A stretch of 64,000 bases of DNA from Candidatus Thorarchaeota archaeon (GCA_016933575.1 JAFGAR010000028.1:156530-220529); one strand, 5' to 3'; shown: positions 1 through 8,921, counted from the stretch's first letter. The notes: generated by a model not told the origin, from the sequence alone. A program made the numbers and translations.

Positions 1-123
1 ACGACACGCGGCGTATAGAAAGTTCTCATCATAATCGATATCAAAAGCATCAACACTTAGCTCGGATACAGTCTCATGACTGATGAGATTTAAATCATTC
101 TTCCCCGTCGATGAGTGGTCCAT
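1..123 (-). CDS. hypothetical protein, N-terminal fragment (gene runs off the left edge)
   Basis: The reverse-strand frame is open from an ATG (complement of 121-123) to the window edge. It gives 41 codons: MDHSSTGKNDLNLISHETVSELSVDAFDIDYDENFLYAACR. It is too short for the ORF track and for any functional call. Confidence 0.25.
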   Translation of the reverse strand, partial: MDHSSTGKNDLNLISHETVSELSVDAFDIDYDENFLYAACR

Positions 124-328
124 AATATTACCACCGATACAATGGCTCTAATAACATGATTTAGGACAACTTATGGCAGTTTCCTTTTGCACAAAAACAC
201 CCTAACGTGCGATTTATCGAACTTAGAACGGGAGAATACATGACACAATCGTTGAAAAGGGAGAAACCACACACAGAAAGCACTTAAGACATTTACAGGT
301 GAAAGCCATATTAGATGGAGGTAGGTCT

Positions 329-3019
329 ATGGACAGTCACGGATGGAGACGCGAACTGGACAAGTTTGCGGAATTGAAAGGAATCCTAGTGTCAGTCAAT
401 CCGATACTAGAAGAACAGGCTAATCGCCAAGTCCGAAACCTCTATGATATCTTTGCTAGTTTAAGCAAGCTAGAGAATGATCTCACTAACGCGGGCTTGC
501 TAAAGAAACGAAAAGTTCAGACTGAAGTTGATAAAACTACTAGTGAGCTTGAGGATGCATTCATGAGAGCCACTCGTGACTTTGCTGAACTATTCAGGAA
601 AGAGCATAGAGATGTAGTTGCGATTATACCCAAATTACAGGCAATTAAACCTGCAGAATCAAAGTCAATCTCGACTATTAGTTTTCCCGGGATTGGCGCA
701 GGGGATATGAAAGACTTTGAGAAATTGATGGAATTTGCCAAGTCATATTCAAAGTTGTATCTGATTATTTTTGAAGATGTATCTCGAGAGGTCAAGTCTG
801 TCTTGGATGAGAACAAGGCTACAGTAGACACCTATGAGAGACATGTCACCATCGACAAGAGTGAGGTATCAACAACAGTATCTAATGAGGATGTCGCGGG
901 TCTCACAATGCGAGACTTGATCATTCTGAATGACAAGCTCATGGAAGACCGGAAATACCTCAATAGTCGGAAAGATGAAGTCAGCAAGATGCTGGGTTCA
1001 TCTTTGGTTAGTGATACTGAATCACTACAGGCATCCGTTGAAACAGCTGCAAGATTGGGACTGGACCTACCAATGGAATTCTCCCAGCAACTGCGAATCA
1101 TAGCTAGAGATGCATCAAAAGCACAAGATCTGACCTCTCTGGTAAGTCTTGAGAACCAGCTCCACACCTCCAAGATAAAGATGGCAAACATGTTGAGAGA
1201 TAAAATCATCAACATCAAGCATGAGGTCACTCAGAAGATTGTAGATGGGGGAATACCAACTACCTCAGAAGTCATTCCAAATCCACCATCTGTATCAGTC
1301 GAAGGGGAAGGTATTGCAGGATTATTATCAAGTTATCAGCGGATGGTAGAGTGGGAAGGTCAAGTAAGAATCGCACTACGTGAAAGACTCTACGAGTTAC
1401 TTGATGATGTTGAGAAAGCCTCTGAAGTCCCCGATGACACTGGTATTAAAGATGTCATCACAGTGAGACAATACATAGCTGATTCAAAGAAGAGTCTGAA
1501 ATCAGCAGACATTGATGAAATGGTGAGAATCTACATCAAAGTCAAAGCTATGGATGAAGAATACCGTAAAGCCATCATCGATAGTATACGAAATTACCTA
1601 ACACGATTCAATGAATTGGCAACTTCAGCAGACCGCGTGCTAGATCATGCCCAGTTAAGCAAGAAGGCTCCCAAAGTCGAAGAGATGGAGGGTGGAATAA
1701 CCTATCTACTTGAGTCACTCTCAACTTTGCGACAAGCTGTAGAGAGTGGAGTAGCAACATTTCGTGAAGCCTGTCAGCAAGAGATTGATGCTATTGTCCA
1801 TGACCTTCAAACAGTCAAACCTGCTTATGCTGAAATCTTCATGCCAATTATTGTAGAACTTGATGAAGGATCCAACAGAATTCAGGTCATGGATGACTTT
1901 ACAGAGATCAAATCAGAGATGCGTTCTATCAAAGAAACAATGCTTGCAAAGGCAAAGGATTCTTTGGAGAACCTGCGCTACAGATTAGGTGTAAAGATTC
2001 GACTCGCTGCTGCGAAGCTCATGGGTGCAGGTGTCGAGATACCTCCCGAAGTACAAGAGGCAATCAGTGAATTGAATAGTATCGGTGTGGCTGCAGACAA
2101 TGTTTTTGCCTTGCCTGCAATCGCAAGAAAGATGATTGAGATATATGAAAAGAAGATCTCGAACAATGTCATTGATCAGCTAGAGTCGGAGGTCGATTCA
2201 CTCATCACCTCCCTTGAGAAGGCAAAAAGCATTGGTGTCAAGGTTGAAAAGGAATTGAAGATGCTCACTTCTTTGAAGGAGAAACCTCCCACAGAGCTCG
2301 AAGAAGCCGCGGATGCCTTTGACAAACTAATGAACCTGACAACATCCCCACAGGTGCACAAGAAGATAAGAGACCGGGTTGATGAGGCCTATCTCCAGAT
2401 CAAGAACGCAGTAGGGCTCTTCGAAGAACAGGGGATGTCTGAGTTCGTTGAAAGGTTAAAGATGCTAATTGACCAAGTACCAGCTAAGCTGGAAAATGAG
2501 TCACCTCATGTTAATGATGCCCTTGATGTTTGCCTGACCCTAGCAAATATCCAGGAAGAGATGCTCAGTGTGATAAAGAACATCTCAAACATGAGTGGAG
2601 AAAGGCACGACCGTGAACTTAGAGAGAAAAGCCAATATTACTCAACAATTGAACGAGTTGTTGAAAACCATCAAGACCAATTCAGCAAAATCGTATTCAA
2701 CATAAACAAGATGAAAGAATTAGAATCAACACTTAATGTTCTATCTAATCTTGATGAAACAATCACATGTTTCCATGAACTTGAAAATATGAGGAAATCG
2801 TGGCTCGAGAAATCAATAGCAATGGATGACTGGCACAAGTCATTAAGAATGTTTATGACTGGTTTCAGTCCTGCAGCAAAGGCTGATGAACGAGACAAGT
2901 TCATTGAAGATGCAATACGAAAAATCAAAGAGACCTATAGTAGAGAAGACATCAGTTCTTATCTCAGCTGGGCGGTAAGGGAAAGCGCTCAAGCATTGGT
3001 CGGCGCAAGAAAAACATAG
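329..3019 (+). CDS. large all-helical / coiled-coil-like protein, first gene of the CetZ-like operon (function unknown)
   Basis: The ORF opens at GTG 299 (906 codons). In-frame ATG 329 is preceded by GGAGG (317-321) with a 7-nt spacer, so 329 is the likelier start. The translation is E/K/L/I/S/D-rich with long amphipathic-helix stretches. It has no TM segment, P-loop or catalytic motif that I recognise. Stop TAG 3017-3019 overlaps the AGGAG that precedes the next gene. Confidence 0.8.
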   Translation: MDSHGWRRELDKFAELKGILVSVNPILEEQANRQVRNLYDIFASLSKLENDLTNAGLLKKRKVQTEVDKTTSELEDAFMRATRDFAELFRKEHRDVVAIIPKLQAIKPAESKSISTISFPGIGAGDMKDFEKLMEFAKSYSKLYLIIFEDVSREVKSVLDENKATVDTYERHVTIDKSEVSTTVSNEDVAGLTMRDLIILNDKLMEDRKYLNSRKDEVSKMLGSSLVSDTESLQASVETAARLGLDLPMEFSQQLRIIARDASKAQDLTSLVSLENQLHTSKIKMANMLRDKIINIKHEVTQKIVDGGIPTTSEVIPNPPSVSVEGEGIAGLLSSYQRMVEWEGQVRIALRERLYELLDDVEKASEVPDDTGIKDVITVRQYIADSKKSLKSADIDEMVRIYIKVKAMDEEYRKAIIDSIRNYLTRFNELATSADRVLDHAQLSKKAPKVEEMEGGITYLLESLSTLRQAVESGVATFREACQQEIDAIVHDLQTVKPAYAEIFMPIIVELDEGSNRIQVMDDFTEIKSEMRSIKETMLAKAKDSLENLRYRLGVKIRLAAAKLMGAGVEIPPEVQEAISELNSIGVAADNVFALPAIARKMIEIYEKKISNNVIDQLESEVDSLITSLEKAKSIGVKVEKELKMLTSLKEKPPTELEEAADAFDKLMNLTTSPQVHKKIRDRVDEAYLQIKNAVGLFEEQGMSEFVERLKMLIDQVPAKLENESPHVNDALDVCLTLANIQEEMLSVIKNISNMSGERHDRELREKSQYYSTIERVVENHQDQFSKIVFNINKMKELESTLNVLSNLDETITCFHELENMRKSWLEKSIAMDDWHKSLRMFMTGFSPAAKADERDKFIEDAIRKIKETYSREDISSYLSWAVRESAQALVGARKT

Positions 3020-3031
3020 GAGTAGCAGTCA

Positions 3032-4417
3032 ATGTTTGGAACCAATCCTGGTGTAGATAGTGATGACACAACCAAAGCAGCTGAAGTTTTTGCAATCGGA
3101 ATAGGAGAATGTGGGTCTAATATTGTAGGTTCATACCTCCAGACTAGCCGCGATAATAAACTGCCATCACGTGTTCGAGGATACCTCCTCATCAATACAG
3201 ATAGAGCAGACCTCACCAAGGTCAGGCAAAAATACAAGATACCCAAGGAAAACACCCTCTTGTATGGCGCGTCTGAGATAGGTGTCGGTGGTCGTTTCAT
3301 GGATGGGTATAATGCAATCATGGAATCCAAGGACATCATCTTCGACCAGTTGAGTAATCTAGGATTTGAGGGTGTATCGGGATTCTGTATCTTTACATCC
3401 TTGGGTGGTGGTACCGGATGCGGCGGAGCTCCTGCTTTAATTGAGCTTCTAAAACAGAGATTCCAAGAAGAAGAAGGTCGCCGTATCTTCGTGTACGTTG
3501 TAGGTATTCTGCCCTTTGAAGGCCAGTCCAGCGAAGCTTTGAACTCAATATGGGCAGTATCTAAACTGCTTCGGGCTCAACTTCAGGAACGAGGCGCAGA
3601 CCTGACTATCTTACTTTCAAACCGAACTATGCTGAAGAGGATTCTTCAATGGAGAAAAGGAGATACTGTGGACTATCTACGAAGAGAACTCGATGTAGAT
3701 ATTGCAGATATTGACTCCATCGAGTCGATGGTACCATCAACCCTCGATGAAGCGAGTGATCTTGAGGCGAGAACAGAACAAGCATTCGTTGAATTGGTGA
3801 ACCCACTCGCTCTGGATGTTGTTGAGGCAATGCTTTCGCCAGGAGTCTGGGAAAGTCATAAAGATGTATTTCCAACAACCGACCTAGCAGATTATTCACG
3901 AAAACTGGACCCAGTAGTGGTACCAGCTCTCTATACTGACATTGGTCTAATCCCTGATGCCGGTAGCATGCCAAAGCAGCTAAGAACAATGATAGACTAT
4001 GCAGTGAAGGAGTGTTCCTATGCAGACGTTGGAGAAGAACCCAATGCTGAATCTGTCTACTATGTTCTTTCAGGACCGACTCATATTGCTAAAGCTGAGT
4101 TTGGTATGCATGTGAAAGAAGCTCTTGACAAATTCATTGCTCCAGGTGCTGCAATCACACCATGTTATGTCCAATATCATGTTCCTGATGCAAAGACAAA
4201 CCTGCTTTTATTGCTCGGACTTCCGAAGATACCAGAGCTTGTCACTATCATCAATGAAGCAACACAACTGGTCAATCTTCATAGCGGAGCATCTCCACTA
4301 AAACAGGGCTGGTTTATGAGATCTAAAGGAACATCTCGAAAGGAACTTGTAGATGCCATTAATGACTTCCGTGAGCTCTTCAGTTATTACATGACTCCTG
4401 GAGAGACTATGCAATAA
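3032..4417 (+). CDS. FtsZ/tubulin-superfamily GTPase, CetZ-like (divergent)
   Basis: The translation carries the full set of tubulin/FtsZ motifs: T1 GIGECGSN (aa 23-30), LINTDRADL, T3-like GVGGRFMDG, T4 signature SLGGGTGCGGAPALIELLK, T5-like ILPFEGQ, T6-like LLSNRTM and T7-like TTDLADY. The GGGTGxGGAP form resembles CetZ/FtsZ more than eukaryotic tubulin. AGGAG lies 9 nt upstream of the ATG. Confidence 0.85.
   Translation: MFGTNPGVDSDDTTKAAEVFAIGIGECGSNIVGSYLQTSRDNKLPSRVRGYLLINTDRADLTKVRQKYKIPKENTLLYGASEIGVGGRFMDGYNAIMESKDIIFDQLSNLGFEGVSGFCIFTSLGGGTGCGGAPALIELLKQRFQEEEGRRIFVYVVGILPFEGQSSEALNSIWAVSKLLRAQLQERGADLTILLSNRTMLKRILQWRKGDTVDYLRRELDVDIADIDSIESMVPSTLDEASDLEARTEQAFVELVNPLALDVVEAMLSPGVWESHKDVFPTTDLADYSRKLDPVVVPALYTDIGLIPDAGSMPKQLRTMIDYAVKECSYADVGEEPNAESVYYVLSGPTHIAKAEFGMHVKEALDKFIAPGAAITPCYVQYHVPDAKTNLLLLLGLPKIPELVTIINEATQLVNLHSGASPLKQGWFMRSKGTSRKELVDAINDFRELFSYYMTPGETMQ
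3404..3427 (+). other. tubulin/FtsZ signature (T4) motif GGGTGCGG coding segment
   Basis: Codons 125-132 of the 3032-4417 ORF read ggt ggt ggt acc gga tgc ggc gga. This translates to GGGTGCGG, matching the [SAG]GGTG[SA]G-type signature but with Cys in the variable position. Confidence 0.8.
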
Positions 4418-4431
4418 TGGAGTGTGAATAA

Positions 4432-5502
4432 TTGTCTGATGGTGACTCCTCATCCTTTCAATACGATGACCTCATTGATAGGCTACTCCTAATTGTAACT
4501 CTCAATTCCACATTGATCCATTTCTTGTTGAGTTCTCAAGTTGAAGGATACATTGATCCTGATCGAGTGGACTCACTGACCCAAGGATTGGTAAGAACGA
4601 GAAAGTGGATGGAAGAAGCCACAACAATGAAAGGTGTACCCCCTTCAACTCAAAATATTTTGAGTCTGATTGTCAAGCGACTTGCACAAGTTGAGAGTCT
4701 GCTACCAAAACTATCAGACAAAGCCAAGTTGGCTGAGAAGACTCCAGCACAGGAGATTCTCTCATTACTTGATGGAGCCCAAGTAAAGACGAAGGTCTCT
4801 TCAGAAGGTGCGTCACTGGAAGCAAGTTCTGAGACTGAGTTGGTTCCTCTTGTAGGAGCTGAGCCTGCAAAGACTTTGGAGGCATATAGAAAGGTCGATG
4901 TAGAGGACGACCAATTTGGGTTGATTGGCCAGACCCAGCGGCTAATCCAGCAATATTCGCCACGTTGTCATATTTTATTGCCGACCTTTTGGCTTGAAGC
5001 ACTTCGAGAGATTCACAAATACAGATCTGAATCTCCATACTTTGGAGATGTTATTGAGCTTCCAGCAAGAATCATTGTAAAGGTGACAAAAAGCCTTCTC
5101 ACAGAAGCACCAGGGGCAAGACTGTTACAAGACTTGATGAAGAATCGACAACAAGAGAGCTATCTCAATAGTTCAGAGATGGAACGTATCGAGCGAGCAG
5201 TTGCAAAATACTTCCAAGGTGTTGAAGCAGTTCTAAAAGAAGACACACTGAATGTCAAGGACAAGATTCTTGAGGCTCAGACTGCATTCGATGGATTTGG
5301 ATGGGGTGGACCAGAGCTAGAGAAACGCCTGATTAAGCGGATAAATCAAGAATGTGAAGAGTCGCTCCAGAATGCTGAATCTGCAACTGATGAAGCAAGA
5401 CAGGTCATTTATGCTGAAATTACAAAGTTGATGAGTAAACTTCAACACGCAATTCTTGCAGAATCACGACCTCGTGAAATCCTCTCGCAAATGAAGCCAT
5501 AG
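4432..5502 (+). CDS. helical protein of unknown function, third gene of the CetZ-like operon
   Basis: A 356-codon ORF starting at TTG 4432. GGAG (4419-4422) lies 9 nt upstream, the same spacing as for the preceding gene. There is no in-frame ATG near the 5' end. The product is charged and helix-rich with one moderately hydrophobic N-terminal helix (RLLLIVTLNSTLIHFLLSS). No recognisable motif. Confidence 0.7.
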   Translation: MSDGDSSSFQYDDLIDRLLLIVTLNSTLIHFLLSSQVEGYIDPDRVDSLTQGLVRTRKWMEEATTMKGVPPSTQNILSLIVKRLAQVESLLPKLSDKAKLAEKTPAQEILSLLDGAQVKTKVSSEGASLEASSETELVPLVGAEPAKTLEAYRKVDVEDDQFGLIGQTQRLIQQYSPRCHILLPTFWLEALREIHKYRSESPYFGDVIELPARIIVKVTKSLLTEAPGARLLQDLMKNRQQESYLNSSEMERIERAVAKYFQGVEAVLKEDTLNVKDKILEAQTAFDGFGWGGPELEKRLIKRINQECEESLQNAESATDEARQVIYAEITKLMSKLQHAILAESRPREILSQMKP

Positions 5503-5590
5503 ATAGTATTTCGATGCCCAGTAGATATGTATAGACGTAGTTGATATAAGGGATTATTACAATTTCAAGTAAAATCACTGAAGAGGATAA

Positions 5591-7000
5591 ATGATGTCTG
5601 GATTAAGAACCATGTTGAATCCTAAGGTGACAGCTGTGGTTGGAGTATCAACATCTAACCCATTTTCACCAGGGAATGTTATATTTCGAAAACTTGCATT
5701 TGAAAATGCACTTCCCACATATCCAATCAATCCGAAAGGCGGCTTTGTAGAAGGAGTGGAGGTCTACAAATCAATTACCGAAGCTCCAAATGATATCGAA
5801 CTTGTGGTAATATCAGTACCTGCAAAATATGTACCTGGAGTCTTGACGGAGTGCGGAGAAAAAGGAATCAAAGCTGTCATTGTTGTTTCAGGTGGTTTTA
5901 GCGAAATTGGCGAAAGTGGCACCCAATTGCAATCTGAAATAGTTGAGATTGCTAATAAATTCAAGATCTCAATGGTCGGTCCAAACTGCATTGGGGTCTA
6001 TGTACCAGACCTCCTTGATACTTTCTTTCTACCTTCAGAACGAGTTGCAAGATCAAGAAGAGGACATGCTGCGATTATTTCACAAAGCGGAGGCTGGCTA
6101 ATAGAGAGATTAGAAGAGTTCGCAGATAGAAGGGTTGGTATTGCAGCAGCAGTCTCAATTGGGAATGCTGCACAGATTAAGGTAGCAGATTTTATTGAGC
6201 ATTTTGGTAACGATAAAAATGTCAATGTCATTCTTTGTTATATTGAAGGTTTTGGACCAAATGAAGGACGTTATTTTGTTGAAGTCTGCTCTAAAATTGC
6301 ACTGAAGAAACCAGTCGTTGTTCTAAAGGGAGGAGAATCGGAAGCTGGACACAGGGCGACACAGAGTCATACATCCTCGTTAGCTGGAGATCAAGCTATT
6401 GCAAAAGCAGCCTTCAATCAGTACGGTGTAATCCATGCATTAGACGAAGATGAGGTCATGGCTTATGCTAAGATATTCTCCTTTACGCCCAAGTATATGA
6501 AGACAAATAGAATTGGTACACTCTCTGTCAGTGGTGGTCATGGTGTCATTGCAAGTGATGAAGCCTCAGCATATGGTCTTGAATTCCCACCCTTCTCAGA
6601 AGAAGAACAGAGGGCAATGAGGGAGGTCATGACACCTGCATATCAAAACATTGCGTCTTTCAGAAATCCATGTGACTTGACAGGTAGTGCCTCGGATATT
6701 GATTATGAGAACGTCCTTGATATCATGCTGACGTTTAATTCCATTGATGCGGGTCTCTTACTATTGCTTCCATACGCACCTGGAATCTCTTTGCAGATTG
6801 GTGCACGAGTGGCAAATGTGTCTAAACGCCACGATAAGGCAGTGGTAGCCTATGTACCTGACCTTGAAAAATATGAAGTAATTATTAGGGGCTTTGAACT
6901 GAACGGAATTGCGGTTGCAGATACCATCGAAGAAGCAGTTCAAATGCTAAATGGTATTAGGAGAAGGACTAGGTATTTTCAGCGGATTGGCGTAATTTAG
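5591..7000 (+). CDS. ADP-forming acetyl-CoA synthetase alpha-type subunit / succinyl-CoA-synthetase-like CoA-binding protein
   Basis: It has an N-terminal CoA-binding fold, VGPNCIG and SQSGG motifs, and a phosphohistidine-loop-like GHRATQSHTSSLAGD. At 469 aa it matches the length typical of ACD alpha. No ATP-grasp beta subunit is adjacent. Confidence 0.7.
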   Translation: MMSGLRTMLNPKVTAVVGVSTSNPFSPGNVIFRKLAFENALPTYPINPKGGFVEGVEVYKSITEAPNDIELVVISVPAKYVPGVLTECGEKGIKAVIVVSGGFSEIGESGTQLQSEIVEIANKFKISMVGPNCIGVYVPDLLDTFFLPSERVARSRRGHAAIISQSGGWLIERLEEFADRRVGIAAAVSIGNAAQIKVADFIEHFGNDKNVNVILCYIEGFGPNEGRYFVEVCSKIALKKPVVVLKGGESEAGHRATQSHTSSLAGDQAIAKAAFNQYGVIHALDEDEVMAYAKIFSFTPKYMKTNRIGTLSVSGGHGVIASDEASAYGLEFPPFSEEEQRAMREVMTPAYQNIASFRNPCDLTGSASDIDYENVLDIMLTFNSIDAGLLLLLPYAPGISLQIGARVANVSKRHDKAVVAYVPDLEKYEVIIRGFELNGIAVADTIEEAVQMLNGIRRRTRYFQRIGVI

Positions 7001-8130
7001 GTCCCACTAGCAACTCTTTTGTAATCAATATCAAGGGATTGGAGAGCTTCAACCAGTTTACCTTTCAATATGAGTTGTCTTGAGGAGAAGTCTGTAACTG
7101 ATGAACAACCAGTCAGATACATAGCTGCCTTCAGCCCATCCAGTATCTTTTCAATTTCTACAACAACATCCAAGCTAGAGCCATAGACAGCAGGTCGTAA
7201 GAGTGGAAGAGCTACACCAGCTGAGATTGCTCCAAGACTGAGTGCTTTTGCAATATCAAGACCGGATCGAATCCCACCAGTGGCTATTACATCAAGTTCA
7301 GTAGAATCTAAGACCATGATAATGCTTAATGCAGTAGGAATACCCCAATCCCAGAATTCAAGCCCAAGCTGTGCTTTCACCTCATCCGACTCTCGAAGCG
7401 CTCTGAAATATTCAACACCAGCCCAGCTAGTGCCACCGACTCCCCCAACATCGACGCCATCTACTCCAATTTCTTCAAGACTACGTGCCACCTCAGATGA
7501 TATCCCTGCACCTGTTTCTTTCACAATCACTGGAACATCAACAGCATCAACGATAGCAGCAATTCCTTCAAGAAATCCTTCCGAGTTGCAATCGCCTTCT
7601 GGTTGGATTGCCTCCTGCAGAGGATTCAGATGAACAGCAAGAATATCTGCTTCAATCATGGAAACTGCATCCTCAGCGAGATCAACATGAGTTGCGCCGA
7701 TATTTGCTATTACAGGAACCGAAGGAGCACGTTCTCTCACAATTGTAAAAGTGTCAGCAAGATCAGGATTTTCAATACCAGACCGTTGACTTCCCACTCC
7801 AATGGGAATACCTAGTTCTTCAGCTGCTATTGCTAGTTTTTCATTTATTGAGAGAGTACGAGGATGACCGCCAGTCATCGCTGCAATAACAAGTGGAGCA
7901 TTCGCCCTAAGACCGAAGAAAATGGATGTTAGATTGATTTTCTCCATATCGATTTCAGGAAGTGCATTATGAACGAATTCAATATCCTCAAACATTGTAG
8001 TTTTCCGACATTGAACGTCTTCCTCCAGACAGATCTCGATGTGTTCAATCTTCCTGCGTTTAGTCAGAGAAGCTTCAGTTATATCAGTATCAGATTCATC
8101 AAGATCATCAGGTTTGTTGTGGACCATCAA
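6997..8130 (-). CDS. fni: isopentenyl-diphosphate delta-isomerase, type 2 (FMN-dependent)
   Basis: The motifs IAAMTGG, VKETGAG and GVDVGGVGGTSWAGVE are typical of type-2 IDI TIM-barrel enzymes. Its stop codon overlaps the stop of the convergent gene (6997-7000). Confidence 0.85.
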   Translation of the reverse strand: MMVHNKPDDLDESDTDITEASLTKRRKIEHIEICLEEDVQCRKTTMFEDIEFVHNALPEIDMEKINLTSIFFGLRANAPLVIAAMTGGHPRTLSINEKLAIAAEELGIPIGVGSQRSGIENPDLADTFTIVRERAPSVPVIANIGATHVDLAEDAVSMIEADILAVHLNPLQEAIQPEGDCNSEGFLEGIAAIVDAVDVPVIVKETGAGISSEVARSLEEIGVDGVDVGGVGGTSWAGVEYFRALRESDEVKAQLGLEFWDWGIPTALSIIMVLDSTELDVIATGGIRSGLDIAKALSLGAISAGVALPLLRPAVYGSSLDVVVEIEKILDGLKAAMYLTGCSSVTDFSSRQLILKGKLVEALQSLDIDYKRVASGT

Positions 8131-8273
8131 TCTTCCTCCATGGGTAGAAGATAAGATGCCATTAATGCAGATAGAAGTTGCGGTTCATATCAAGAATGAG
8201 TCACTCCATGTAAGCTTGCGTGATAGGAAGCTTTTATTCAGACTTGACGAATGAATCTGACAACGTGGCGAAA

Positions 8274-8816
8274 ATGGCAGACGAAGAGAAATTTCGAATA
8301 GAAGAACCTGAAGAAGAAAAGGAAGAGAAAAAGGGTCTCTTCAGACCACTACCAAAGACAGAACAGACTTTCAAGAGCTCAGGTGGGAAACGCCCACAAC
8401 CTGTTGTAAAACTACTAGGATTCTCAATGTATGAGAAGAATAGAGATCTCCTCTTGCTCATTCTAATACCCATTCTTAGCGCACTTATTAACACTTCAAT
8501 ATACTCCTTTGTTGTCGTAAGTATTTTTGAAAATGATGCTATGTTCCTATTCTTCATGCCTGCCATAGCAGCTATACCAATTGGTCTTGTAGTATCAGAA
8601 ACAGGGAAGGCACTAATTGGAGGCTTTTTGAGTGCATTCTTTTTCTTTGTATTCTTTGTACTCTTTCTCACTTCTCCAGCTCTTATGGTACCGCAACTTG
8701 GATTAGGGAATTTTCTAGTTAGTGGAATCACATTGACTGTCGGGTATTTCATTTTCGTAACAGTAGCAAGCCTACTTGGAGCAGTAATTGGCACAATTGT
8801 CAGGGAATTTGGTTAG
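8274..8816 (+). CDS. membrane protein with acidic/lysine-rich cytoplasmic N-tail and about 4 TM helices
   Basis: The ORF opens at GTG 8220. ATG 8274 (MADEEKFRIEEPEEEKEEKK...) is the first ATG. The C-terminal two thirds is clearly hydrophobic-helical. The antisense ORF 8234-8794 is judged a shadow. Confidence 0.55.
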   Translation: MADEEKFRIEEPEEEKEEKKGLFRPLPKTEQTFKSSGGKRPQPVVKLLGFSMYEKNRDLLLLILIPILSALINTSIYSFVVVSIFENDAMFLFFMPAIAAIPIGLVVSETGKALIGGFLSAFFFFVFFVLFLTSPALMVPQLGLGNFLVSGITLTVGYFIFVTVASLLGAVIGTIVREFG

Positions 8817-8921
8817 AGGTAGATTTGTTACGACCATCTCCCAGAGTGCAATAGAGCCATTCAGGAGGCTGTTTCCGAGATGAGGAGATTTTATTAGGGG
8901 AGTTCTTAACGCGACGTTCGC

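Noticed and set aside
8234-8794. Long antisense ORFs mirroring real genes. Examples: 8234-8794(-), 28817-29263(-), 29453-29908(+), 20190-20603(-), 58766-59278(-), 832-1230(-), 3627-3989(-), 4673-5038(-), 7280-7633(+) and 50324-50581(+).
   Set aside because: Each lies entirely inside a longer ORF on the other strand that has clear family motifs or membrane-protein character. Their translations are S/R/L/P-rich and low in information, as expected for shadow frames.
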